A stretch of 64,000 nucleotides of DNA from Octopus sinensis. Lineage: Eukaryota. The notes under the pieces are model-generated. The model worked only from the letters and a program-made list of their open reading frames with translations, was not told the DNA's origin and did not search any database. This document shows, in pieces, positions 52,372 to 64,000 of the stretch. Both the position numbers and the translations under genes were made by a program. Position 1 is the first letter of the stretch. Each line of letters begins with the position of its first letter. Where the stretch lies: positions 26,660,001 to 26,724,000 of the forward strand of contig NC_043006.1 of the NCBI RefSeq assembly GCF_006345805.1, read 5' to 3'.

Positions 52372-52407
52372 CTTTCTGTAGAAGAGCGTAGGCTCGAAAC
52401 GTAAAAG
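52372..52407 (+). ncRNA. Hammerhead motif with variant core at the PLE 3-prime end
   Basis: CUUU-CUGUAGA-A-GAGC(GUAG)GCUC-GAAA-CG-UA^AAAG; A6 replaced by U. Confidence 0.6.
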
Positions 52408-52699
52408 ACCTTTTCAATTCCTGAGCGTTATACTAATATATCTGTTTGTTTCCTACACCACCTGTCTTCGTCTTGTGTTTTTTTCGTGAACTCTCTCCAT
52501 ATATATATATATGCATTATATATATAACAATAGAAATAGTATACAGATCATAAATAAATAAGAAAATGCTAACCTAGATAAAATAAACGTGAATAAGTAT
52601 ACAAAAATTTCTCCCACAAAGAAAAAACCCAATAGGCATAAAAATAAGACTAAAACGAATAATGAATCCCGTAAGAATATGGATAACACTAATCTTTCC

Positions 52700-52940
52700 C
52701 ATTCTTACTCAAACAAAAAATATAAAGGAAAAAATGTCATTTGGTTAAATATCCCCTTCAACTGTGTGATCTCGACAAATATATACAGTAGATTTATGTC
52801 TATACTGGAAAAAAACTTCCCAGCCTCCCATAAATATTATAAACTAATTTCTAAGAAATCAGTAAGAATATCATATTCTACTCTCCCAAATATGGCTATC
52901 ATAATAGCTAGACTTAATAGTAAAAACATTAAGTTAGCTA
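52700..52940 (+). mobile_element. PLE RT-EN linker remnant (second family)
   Basis: KNVIWLNIPF..TNI..FMSILEKNFP..HK..KLISKKSVRISYSTLPN. Confidence 0.7.
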
Positions 52941-52959
52941 GGGATAGAATGAATAGTAA

Positions 52960-53069
52960 CAACAATGATAGTAATAATAATTATAAAAATAGCAATAATA
53001 ATAATAATAATAATAATAATGATAATGGTAATAATAATAATAATGATAATGGTAATAATAATAATAATG

Positions 53070-53160
<91 letters not shown>
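52960..53160. repeat. (AAT)n microsatellite with periodic GAT/GGT variants
   Basis: Seen directly; explains the poly-N/I/L ORFs. Confidence 0.97.
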
Positions 53161-53162
<2 letters not shown>

Positions 53163-53715
53163 CCCTGATGCAGTACCAGACAGTGGCTCTCATGGCTTCT
53201 GATCTTAACTGATTGGAAGTGTTATCATCTACATTATTTTACCTTGGTATAAAAGATGGACTACAGCAAATATTCTGCTCAATACCACAGATTTGCTTGT
53301 CAGTTGTTTGACCATAACCAGTTGAGCATGTCCCTTAGTGGCTGACGATATGTGCATCTCTGATCACGAGCAGAAGTAGTGGGGGAGCATCATAGCCGTG
53401 TGTTGAGAGGGATTCTTTGGGGTTTGAATAATTCACCTCTGGAAACATGGGTGTTTCGTTCAACATCCTTGAACAACCCTTATTTAGGGACCTTTTGAGT
53501 GGGATGGGTTACTCGACCTGAAGAAAATTCTAACTGGGCCCCACCTACAAGGTCATGTGCTGTTTATCTTGATATGAGATCACCATGTCGTGCACATATG
53601 GTTGTGATGCATGTGCCTAGTGTACCCTTATCAGATGGGTAGTCATGATGGGTATACTGGGCTTCGTATATTTTACCCCAGTGTCACTTTGATGGCATGC
53701 ACTGTTCTCTCACTC
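53161..53715. mobile_element. Non-coding element flanked by (AAT)n, possibly a Dong/R4-type 3-prime end
   Basis: Complex sequence bounded by (AAT)n on both sides; Dong elements are known to target TAA repeats; no coding motif seen. Confidence 0.4.
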
Positions 53716-54990
53716 AATAATAATAATAATAATAATAATAATGATAATAATGGTAATAATAATAATAATATTAATAATGATGATGATAATAATAATAATG
53801 ATGACAACATTGATACAAATAGTGATAATAACAACATCAATAATATAGGTAGTATAGATAAAAGTGTAGTAGGTGATGATAATGAGGATGGATTAATAAC
53901 TAGTAACCCCAGTTTGCATAATAATGTAACTACTATTAGAGAAAATAACACTAATACTAATAATAACTCAAATAACAGTAATGAAAGTGAATTTTATCGA
54001 TCCTGAAAAGATGAAAGGCAAAGTTGACCCTGGCAGCATTTGAACTCAGAATGTAAATTTGGGGAAAATGTTGCTAAGCATTTTGCTCAGTGTGAAAACA
54101 ATTCTGCCAACTTGCCACCTTCATAAATATTAATATAGATACTGTCAGGGTTGACTTTGCATTACATCCTTTCAGGGTTGATAAAATAAGAACAAGTTGA
54201 TCACTGGGGTGAAATTAATTGACTTACTTTTTCTCCAGAAAATGCTGGCTGTGTGTCAAAATTTGAAATCAATATTAATATAAATGCATTCATAATATTA
54301 TACTATATTTTTCAGTGTGAATTTTTTCAAAGTTTCCAAAATAATACAATAATATAATTTTTGAGACTTTGTCTGAAGTTGCACATGGTTTTACATCAAA
54401 AAGTATATATTATAAGGTTGAACATTGGGGTCAGTGTGATCGACTTACCCCTTACCCCAAAATTGCGGGCCTTGTGTCAAAATTTGAAACCACTATTAAT
54501 ATTCATGAAGTGAGCTGGAAGAATCATTACAACACCAGAGAAAATGCTTAGCAGCATTTGAGTTCAAATACCGCCAGGAGTCAACTTTGCCTTTCATCTT
54601 TTTGAGATTAATAAAATAAGTACCAGTTGAGTTCTAAGGTCAATATAATTGACTTACTCCCTTCCCTAAACTTGCTAGCTTTGTGCCAAAATTTGAAACC
54701 AATACTGATATTCATGAAATGTAATTTCTATGTTGTGTAGAAATGACCATAATTGAAGAATTGAAGTTAAAACCATAAATTCCTGTCTTTGAATTACTGT
54801 ATTCATATTCTACAACCAGTCTATTTAAACTAGTTTTTGAGCTTTTATAGATAGTTTTCTCCTTTAAGGTAAACCATATCCAGATATACACTCAGTTTGT
54901 ATCCACAGAAGTGCTTACCAATGATCCTGCTCATATTTTAATCCCATTTATTTGATATATATATATATATATATCTGATGTGTGTATCTG

Positions 54991-55031
<41 letters not shown>

Positions 55032-55078
55032 ACACACACACACACATACACACACACATACATACATACATACATACA

Positions 55079-55146
<68 letters not shown>

Positions 55147-55158
55147 TACATACACACA

Positions 55159-56614
55159 CACTGCATTTCAAATTATTAATGATATAACATTTTAAACTAT
55201 TATTTAAAAACTATTTGAAATTCAACAAAATTTCCACAGAATGATGGCATCAGTTATATTTCCACGAACTTTCAGTGTTCCAAATTATTAATGAGATGTC
55301 TGATAATCATGTAATTATGGGTTGTAAATGTGACTTAACTGCTTCAGAGAAATCTGTTATTACTTCTAAACTTGCAAAAGATAAATCGACATTAGAAATA
55401 TCTAAATTGAAAGATATTATTAAACTGTAAAAAAAACTTTGTTACTGCTCCTATGAAGATATGCAAGAGAGCTGACAAGGGTCAATGAAAGGCTGTTTCT
55501 CAAAATTCTCTGTCACAAATTAAGCATGAAACTGTAAAGAACCCAGTTCTTACAAGTGGGGAACTTTTCAAGCACACTTGTGAAACAATTGCGTCTAGAA
55601 CTACCTGATGTCTTCTTCTGAAAAAGGTTGGTAAACCAGTGACATCGAATAAAAGTCATCCTTTATACAAAATACACATGTAACATCATCTGAAATGGGC
55701 AGAAGATAACACAAAGATCGACTTTTCAAAAGTTTCCTTTATGGACAAAACTCATGCTACCTTTGATGCACCTGATGGTTGGAGCAAAGGATGGGTTGTA
55801 AATGAATGAGATCATCATCAATACTTGAGACACTAACAAGGTTGGTGGGGGGCATCATGATTTGGGCAGGTATTATGGCTGGTCCTTGGAAAGTATTTGA
55901 GGGTGTTAAAATAACTGCAGATGCTTACATAGCCTTTCTGAGGGAGCACCTTTAGCCTCCAAGACAACCATAATATTCACATAATATTCATGAAAGACGA
56001 TGCGCCCTCACACTTAGCAAAAAAAACTACAGAGTATCTGCAACTATTAGGCTTCTGTGGACCTCAGAAGATGAAGTGGCCTGCTTGTTCACCTGACTTA
56101 AACCCAATAGAAAACTTGTGGAGTATTCTAAAGTGACATGTTTATGAGAATGGATGTCACTTTAGGAGCAGAGATTAACTGTGGCTACCAGTAGTGGATG
56201 TATCCCATGGTATAACATCAGAGGAGATCCAGAAATTAGCATGTTCCATGGATCAGCTCCTTTCCAACTTACTAACCAGCTCACCAATAATTTTTGAATA
56301 CTGTTTATTTGTTTATTTCTTCCATATTTATGACTGTATGTATTCATTTTAGTATGTCCATCAAACAATTAAATTGTTAGTTTCTTGTTTACACGAGTTT
56401 TAATTACACCTTACTAATAATTTGAAACATTGAAAGTTTGCATAAATTTGGTAAATGTCTGTAATTTCTGGGTTATTTTATGGAACTTCATGTTTTTTAC
56501 ACCCACATGCATACAACTGATGTCATCGTTCTGTGAAAATTTCTTTGAATTCCATGTGTAGTTTTTAAATAAAATAAAAAGATGTTACTTCATTTGATAA
56601 TTTGAAATGCAGTG
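55159..56614 (+). mobile_element. Degenerate Tc1 transposon with IR/DR ends
   Basis: Outer IR cactgcatttcaaattat; inner IR 55270-55294 / 56415-56435; WPACSPDLNPIENLWSILK at ~56077. Confidence 0.88.
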
Positions 56615-56890
56615 TGTGTGTGTGCGCACGCTTTGCAGATGAGAGGCTCTCTAATTCACACATTTCCTTCTGTAAAGTAACAATCTGCTTGCTGTTACTC
56701 TTAACAATAAGCACTCTCATGCAAATGATACATACTTTACTCATCTTTAACCTTCCACATTCATGAATTATCCACATTTAATCTAGACACTAAATGCCAA
56801 ACTGGCACCATGGTCCATGAATGGAGACCTCAGAAATAATCTCCTGTTGGAAAATCTCATTTCTTTGAACCTTTCAAAAACAGTCACTAC

Positions 56891-56924
<34 letters not shown>

Positions 56925-57538
56925 TAATAATAATAATAATAATAGGGAAAGAGTTTTCTACCTCACCCTGTTTACTTTTGGACAGCATGCTACTAAAACC
57001 TTGAAGTCGTTAACTTTTGGTGATCTCACATTCACAAGTTCAAGTGAAACCATTGATGAAGTACTGCTTCTATATCTGGGATCTCATTACTGCAGCACAA
57101 AAAAGCATCCTGCATTGCTCCAAAAGAAAGCCATTTAACTGATTCATTCACTCAAAAAAACTCACTCATCAACACACACCAATGTCTTACTCATAGATAC
57201 ACTGTCCTCTCAATTTTGCTTCTTCTAACACTATTACAATAGATCCTACTTTAAAAGTTAGTTGGATACCATCTTTGCTTAATGCCATATGCTATACCCA
57301 ATTTACCTCCTCTCATCATCCATTCTGTGTTTTCCTTCTCCACTAACCACTACAATCATTCCTTTATCCCAAAACATCAACCTTTTGGAATCCTTTTCTC
57401 AATCTGCTTTTTTAACAATTGTCAACTTGTATCTTCAAACTGGACAACAACAATTGCATGACCCCTGGTTTACTTAAAAATGTTTTTAAGAAAATTATTT
57501 TTATTTTTATTTATATATTTTTATATTTTCTTTTTCAG

Positions 57539-57661
57539 CTCCTAGTATTACTGATTGGTCAGTCATACCAATTGATGAAGATTCTGTAAATATAACTTGG
57601 ATGACTGGCAATGAAACATCTGAATATGAAAACTTTTACTTTCTTGAATATAGGCAAATGG
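57539..57661 (+). CDS. L1/neuroglian-like protein, FN3 N-terminal half
   Basis: Long polypyrimidine tract, cag|(A)PSITDWSVIPIDEDSVNITWMTGNETSEYENFYFLEYRQM+G|gttagt; FN3 strand-B Trp and strand-C Tyr; phase 1 to 1. Confidence 0.88.
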
Positions 57662-58732
57662 GTTAGTAAATCTAAATTCTTACTTTAAATAGGAAAATAC
57701 CTTCTAAGCCTCTTGTCTCTCCTTTTGTAACATTTTATATGCATGCAGACATTGCATTCATGGAGAAAGCCTCTGTTGATTTTTAACTTTTAAAGTATCA
57801 TTATACTGGATTGTCACTATATAGAAGTGGGACTAAGATTTATGACATCCTCATATTTTTATTATTTCATTTGTACTTATCATATCTGGATATTTCCCTT
57901 TGTTAAAATGTAAAGATTATTTCTTATTAATTTAATTACTTTAATTACATTTGTAAATATGTTGAACGAATCTTTTTTAGTATATTAACCCTACTTCTAA
58001 TTAACTAAAAGCTTCCAGCAAATCTCCTACTTGAATCTCTGCCATTCTGACTTTCAGAATTTTCTAATTACTATCTCATATTTCATCCTATACAACACAG
58101 TTTTTGGTTTTCTGTATTTACATGTTGTTTACTGATGAGTTTAACACATTTGTTACTATATTTCTAAAGGAATACACAGTCTTTGTTTCAATTAGTTTTG
58201 AAAATAGTAACAAATATTAAGATCATTTTTAACTGAGTTTTTATATATTAGAACCAAAAGTAGTTTTAAGCAGGTTAGTATCTAAAGGGTTAAAGCATTT
58301 TGTGTTCATCAGGAAGTATATGAGCATATATCTCTTTGAATGTATTAGCTACAAATTGGTGGTTGAAATATCTTGATGGATATAGAAAGAGTTGATATCA
58401 AGAGAAATGAATCACAAGGTTGGAGCATGCTTTGGTTCTGTTGATATGGTATTGCACTGCTAATTTGATGCAAAATCCATTTAGTAAGAATGTTTCAGTG
58501 CAGGGACATTTTGGTGCTGAAAATATATTTTATTCAGCAGAATAACTAACTTCTACCAGGAAAAAAATACTGATGCAAATCAAGCTATGAATTAAGAGAT
58601 AACTCAGTTTTAACAATTTCAGTATTATTTTACATTTAATCTTATTGTTTTTATCCTCCCCCCTTCGCTCTCTGCTCTCTCTCCCTCTCTCTGAGTTTTT
58701 CTTTATATGTAACATTTTATTCCCTCTCTCTT

Positions 58733-58769
<37 letters not shown>

Positions 58770-59986
58770 TCTGTACCAAATTGTCTAATACCAAAAAGAT
58801 CATCAGCAAAACAGGTTCAGCACCAAAGTTCTTTTCCATATGGCTACACCAAATCATCCCATTTTATGAATCACAATGTTCAGTGTCAGTGTCAGGCAAT
58901 TTTTTGTTGACAATTTCGGTTCCATCACTTGCAGAAAGAATGTCAGTTATTTCTGGTCAGCCTGGGGCTATAATAGATGCACAAATTGTTGCACAAGACC
59001 ACATAGTTGGGAAGCAAGCTTCTATCATTATTATATACCTGTGGTTGTTAATATAATGAGATTTCAGCTGAAAGTACAAATTGCTTTTTAATACTGAAAT
59101 ATTAAATTAATTTGTCGTTTATTGGTTTCATATTTTTAGGCAATAAATATTAAAAATTAAAATTAATAACATAGCTTAGCAGTTAGAATGTTGTGCTCAC
59201 AAGCACAAGATCATGGTTTCAATCCCTAGACTGGGGTGTGCATTGTGTTCTTGAGCAAAACATGAGCTAATATGCAACACGGACATTTGATCACTATAAA
59301 CAAATCATTTGTGCAGGTTGTTTAACAAAAGCTGAATACTCATATATTCTCTTCAACGGAGGAGAGTCCATCATTTTGATGAAGTAAGAAAAAAATCATG
59401 AATTTTATTATCTCTGGTTTTAAATTATTCTATAAATAATGTCTTATCATTCACTCTTTTCATTTTATAAGCTACTTTATAACTATCATTTTTGTGTTAA
59501 ATTTGAAACTATTTAGTATTTTGTTCATGAACAGGTAGTGATGGATGGAGCTAAAACTGTCTGGGGAGAATGTGGGTTGGTGACGTTTGGAATGATAATT
59601 TCTTGGATTTTTTTCACCTGTTGATCTTATTTTTAAGGTGTATATAGAAATTCAAATTAACTACTAATTAATTTATCAGCAGTCTTGGACAATTCATTAA
59701 TGTTGTAGCAATTACAATTTGCATTTTTCTACTGAGATCACTTGTATTTGTGATCTTTTCATTAATCTTACCCTAAATTTTCCCACTTGTCTTTATTTCT
59801 AACTAATCATAGTCTTACATATTTGTAATATACAATTTTGGTAATCAGTGTGGTCAGGTTGTATAAAAATCTCCAAAAATACAGAACTTTTTATGTATAA
59901 CATTGTGCATTCACAAACACCCTAAGTTTTATTTTTCATTTAAGTTTTGAAAGTAACTTTCAGCGGAATTATTATATGAATTTTAG

Positions 59987-60148
59987 GTGACAATTTCACA
60001 GAAAATACTTTGGAGTTTACCACGCAACAATGGCAGGTTTTATCAAATTTAACATCTGGCCTTTGGTATGAATTCCGAGTAGTTATGGTACAGAATGGAC
60101 TGGAATTTCCGAGTGACTGGAGAACATTACTTCTTCCTTTAACATCAG
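59987..60148 (+). CDS. L1/neuroglian-like protein, FN3 C-terminal half
   Basis: ttttag|(G)DNFTENTLEFTTQQWQVLSNLTSGLWYEFRVVMVQNGLEFPSDWRTLLLPLTS+G|gtaagt; FN3 LxxxxxYxFRV motif. Confidence 0.9.
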
Positions 60149-62106
60149 GTAAGTATTATTATTAAAATTACATGAATCTTTGAATTACTTTCTCCATAAT
60201 TTTCCTTATTTTGTTTGGTAGAATGGTACCAAGTAAAATTCCTGTTTATTTGAATTATATAAGGCGCAGGAGTGGCTGTGTGGTAAGCTTGCTTACCAAC
60301 CACATGGTTCTGGGTTCAGTCCCACTGCATGGCACCTTGGGCAAGTGTCTTCTTCTATAGCCTCGGGCCAGCCAAAGCCTTGTGAGTGGATTTGGTAGAC
60401 GGAAACTGAAAGAAGCCCATCGTATATATGTATATATATATATGTATGTGTGCGTGTGTGTTTGTGTGTCTGTCTTTGTCCCCCTAGCATTGCTTGACAA
60501 CCGATGCTGGTGTGTTTATGTCCCCGTCACTTAGCGGTTCGGCAAAAGAGACTGATAGAATAAGTACTGGGCTTACAAAGAATAAGTCCCGGGGTCAAGT
60601 TGCTCGACTAAAGGTGGTGCTCCAGCATGGCCACAGTCAAATGACTGAAACAAGTAAAAAGAAAAAAAGAAAAGAATGGATTCTGAATTTGTGGAGTACA
60701 GTTTCCCAGCAAAGTCACAGAAAGAGCACAGTGTGATGTGACTTTCAAATGTAATACATTTTCAGTTTTTGAATGGTGATTCTGTTCAATTTATATGTTT
60801 TTGTAATTAAAATCACCAGTTAAGAGGTATAGTGGTTAAAAGTTCAAGAATCTCTATATTATGTTGCCATGCAAATAATTTCTCCAGTTTATCATAATCA
60901 TTACTGACGTCAACATCATCATTGTTATATTAATAATAATTTTCTATGCCATTTCATTCCATCCATTATACTAAATATCTAAGATTTTATTTAGCTACTG
61001 TCTTGCTCTTCATCTACTACATGTACTTCCACCTCCAACTTACAGTACTTCTTTGCAAACATATCCATACACAGTAAATGTCAAAGCAGATTGAGAAAAT
61101 AAGCATAAGATATTCTCAAGTCATTGCAGATCTTCTACATTTAAAATCAGTCTTTCACTGTTGTGCAGCAACACACTTTATGCCATTATGTTTTGTTCGT
61201 CATACAAAGAGAAAAATTTTAAAGGGAGACCATGGTTCATCACAGTTTCTTCCACTACCTTTCATTCTGGCCAATATACAATCACTTACTTAACATTCGG
61301 TGATTATTAGATCATCTTCGGCATGGAAGAGCTTAAATCCTACTTCTTTTAATTATCTTCAAGAGCAGGTACAACCTTATATTTTGGGCATACCTCTCCT
61401 TTATTTTTTCAAGTTATTATATAATTTCATAATTCTAAAAACCCTACTTCTCTCTATTATAACCTTATAACAATGAGTATTGGTGAAATTGTTACTCTTG
61501 GAGCAACTGAATTTGGGTAATTGAGTTCTTAGAGCTTTCACCATTATCATAGGTTTTATTTGGCCAATAGATGGAGAAAGGGCATTAATCTGATCAAAAC
61601 TTCAAAGGATTTGCTTCTTGACCTACTTTGCACAACACCAAATGAGTTTAGCAGCTGACTTCCCAGCCTCTTTTCACACAGACCACAAAGAAGCAACAAC
61701 ATAAAAATATAATTGGCAACTGTTTTTCAGCTTTCTGAAATCATGGGGAATCTTTTGGTGATGTCTATTTCTATAAGTTTGAAGATACAATGTTAATTAC
61801 ATTTTTCTTCAGCTTTTATGCCATGATCCACCAGTAAATGAAACTGCAATATATATATATATATATATATATGGATCAAAACAGTTTGATCCAAATTCCT
61901 TGGTACTTTAAGTTTCAAAGTGTAATGCTAATCCTCAGCCAAGAATTTGGATCAAATTGTTTTGATCCATATATGTGGCTCCAAAAAAATGTCATGAGTG
62001 CCCTTCAGTGTTAGATGGAGAAGATTAGGCCATATTTAGCCAATACATGGTGATCACTTATAAGCTTTAAGCTTATAATTATTGTTATTATTTAGAGAAT
62101 ATATAT

Positions 62107-62142
<36 letters not shown>

Positions 62143-62339
62143 CAAACATGTGTGTGTGTGTGTAGTTGTCAGTAGATCATATATCCAAAAAAGAAGTATA
62201 CTCTAAAAATTAGAGCTGCAATTTATATACAGGAAGTTAGTTGTATGGCTGGTCATAGAGTGACCAATGGTTTCACATCCATAAAATACTTTGCTTTATA
62301 GATGACTCATCAAACTCCAATGGCCACAGATATATATAT

Positions 62340-62590
62340 ATGTCTGTGCACATCTTTCAATACCATGTATGCAATAAGGTCTGCAAATCTAATGGAGGCC
62401 TCATAAGACATTTTAAGATTCACAGAGATCAGAACTTAACTGCAGCTTTTGGTGGTCCAAATCAGATGTGCAATCTATGTGGGTGTCTTTTCAGAACATT
62501 GCCTGGTTCAAAAAGCCACATCAGATGCCATGATGGTTCTAAGGTGAAGGTACAGGAGGTGGTCATAAGGAGTAGACAACCACCATACAT
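62340..62590 (+). mobile_element. RTE-type LINE 3-prime end with two C2H2-like fingers
   Basis: HVCNKVCKSNGGLIRHFKIH and CNLCGCLFRTLPGSKSHIRCH; bounded by TA and (TACA) repeats; no splice sites. Confidence 0.6.
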
Positions 62591-63159
62591 ACATGGGTGT
62601 GTGTGTGTATTAAGATATATATATATATGTATATATATGTATAGATATAGATATATAGGTTATTTTAAAATTAAAGTTTAGATAGGAGGCTTTGGAATGT
62701 AGTATCCAAACCTTCTTTTGCATATGTCCCTAGTTGTGTGCATTGAAAACATGTTCAACACATACAGCTACCAGGCATCATCCATGGTACTGCACTTTAG
62801 CCACAGGATCTATGTAAGGAATTCTTCAGTGTACATTTAGTATATTTTAAATGGTAGATAAGGAAGACAGAATTTACTGTAAACTTTATTTAACATGATG
62901 ATTGTTTCGGCTTACATGTGTACTGCTCCCATGTGGATGGGGAACGATATAATGAAATTGAATGCATTCCACAGTGCAGAAGAAACCTCATCAGGTTACA
63001 CAATGCATCACAGTATTATAATATGTACATTTTGCTACTGTGTGTGGCAAGATGGTGTTAGTATGATGTGTGTGCTTATAGGAGTTCACAAATTCGTTGA
63101 TCAGGTAGGATGTTTGGTATGTATTCAGGGAGTGACACACACATATATGTGTGTGTGTG

Positions 63160-63560
63160 TATATAGTCAATCACCTGTTATCCATCACTATGTGATGACC
63201 ACAATCAATGTTTTCCTTAGTGGTGATAATTGCAGGACATCCATATGCTGGGTTATCTTTAAGATTCTCTCTTTCCCTCTTAAATTCAACTGCCCACGCT
63301 TGAAGTTGCTAAAGCTGAAGTGTCATCCTCTAATGTCAGCATGAATGCTCTTGGGGGTTAAATGCTTTTCCTGCAGGTATTTGATAACACCACGATGTCA
63401 AATTTTGTTGACTACTGAAGAGAAGTCACTACTAGTTACTTTTGAAGTTTTCTTTGAACAGTCAGATATCAGTTTACCTAGAAAGGAAGAATGCAGTTAT
63501 TAATTAGAGGAGTTGAAATTAATGCATGCAAGGTTTTACAGCTGTATTATCACTCCTTCA
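63160..63560 (-). mobile_element. Mariner 5-prime fragment
   Basis: Degenerate NKI.HRGVIKYLQ.K.L.P N-terminal HTH. Confidence 0.65.
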
Positions 63561-63860
63561 TAGTCAACCTATGAGCTTTTCAGCCCACCCTCATAAATGA
63601 GATAAGATACTTGAAACATTGATGTCTTTGTCTTCTTAATGTCTTTTTGCAGAATCTAATCGACTTTAGACATTATGCTCACATTCAGATCTTTCGAAGC
63701 CATGTAATTTAGAGAATTAAACAATATCCTGTAACTGATTGATTATTTTACCTGTTTCGGGTAAAAACTTTCAAGAACATTGAATCATTAATTCTATTAT
63801 AAAAGCAAAAGAGATTTTAGTTGCTAAAGACTATTTTATTTGTTTGTATCTATTTCAAAG

Positions 63861-63986
63861 GTGAAATGGATTTGGATTTTCTTCAAACTACTTGGTTTGT
63901 GGTGATGATGATTGCTATTTGTGTGCTTCTTCTAATTCTCATCCTTGTTTGTATCATCAAGTGTGATAGAGGCAGCAAATACTATG
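63861..63986 (+). CDS. L1CAM/neuroglian-like transmembrane and juxtamembrane exon
   Basis: caaag|(G)EMDLDFLQTTWFVVMMIAICVLLLILILVCIIKCDRGSKYY+G|gtaagt; resembles the L1-family WFxxMM...CxIxxxRGGKY motif, with a phase-1 intron right after KYx as in L1 genes. Confidence 0.85.
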
Positions 63987-64000
63987 GTAAGTTTTTCTTT

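Larger units (their letters stand above)
49641..52498 (+). mobile_element. Penelope-like element: RT, GIY-YIG, CT-rich tail, pseudo-LTR
   Basis: LFTLDIQSLYTVIPH, GVAMGTRMGPNYANLF, YID, SFHPALHFT, FTCTSTNIIYCISC..LYIGQT..RFMEH; frameshifted. Confidence 0.93.

Noticed and set aside
52589-53212. 207-aa poly-Asn protein
   Set aside because: A PLE remnant running into an (AAT)n microsatellite.
57985-58293. TTAA-CCC...GGG-TTAA as a piggyBac MITE
   Set aside because: The two ends match for only about 4 bp.
58736-59056. 106-aa ORF with faint FN3 resemblance
   Set aside because: Starts in a (TG)n tract, overlaps a decayed SINE head on the minus strand, and would split the FN3 halves.
59535-59554. 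cag|GT AGT GAT GGA TGG AGC TAA as an alternative FN3 second half
   Set aside because: Stop after 6 codons and a weak polypyrimidine tract; the 59987 exon completes the domain.
62340-62681. C2H2 zinc-finger gene (a family expanded in octopus)
   Set aside because: No TGEKP linkers or splice sites; flanked by microsatellites; fits a LINE C-terminus.
1-64000. CRISPR arrays, rRNA or true tRNA genes, intact Fanzor/TnpB or other autonomous ORFs
   Set aside because: No repeat-spacer array was seen. The tRNA-like boxes belong to SINE heads. All TE ORFs seen are interrupted.

Overview
AT-rich, intron- and repeat-dominated animal DNA, most likely Octopus. This is inferred from the recurring tRNA-derived SINE families, RTE/CR1/Penelope LINEs and (TA)n/(CA)n/(AAT)n tracts, not from a database search. 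Two spliced + strand genes can be built with GT-AG junctions and consistent phases. (1) The last 7 coding exons of a polypeptide N-acetylgalactosaminyltransferase (GT-A C-terminal half plus ricin-B lectin), 129-22686. (2) An L1CAM/neuroglian-like membrane protein with one FN3 domain split over 2 exons plus a TM/juxtamembrane exon, 57539-63986, continuing past the window. I found no Ig or further FN3 exons in the ~35 kb between the two genes; the only good upstream candidate is ATG GCA G|gtaaat at 28444-28450, so this may be a truncated L1-family paralogue. The introns hold mariner, Tc1, piggyBac, Helitron, MITE, RTE, CR1/L2, CRE-like, Dong-like, LTR-like and several Penelope-like (PLE) remnants. 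The PLE ends carry six hammerhead-ribozyme motifs: three canonical, two core variants and one decayed. Two of them sit in an apparently perfect 197-bp foldback. Most ORFs in the supplied track are microsatellite artefacts or TE fragments. Coordinates were counted by hand; TE boundaries are approximate unless termini are quoted.
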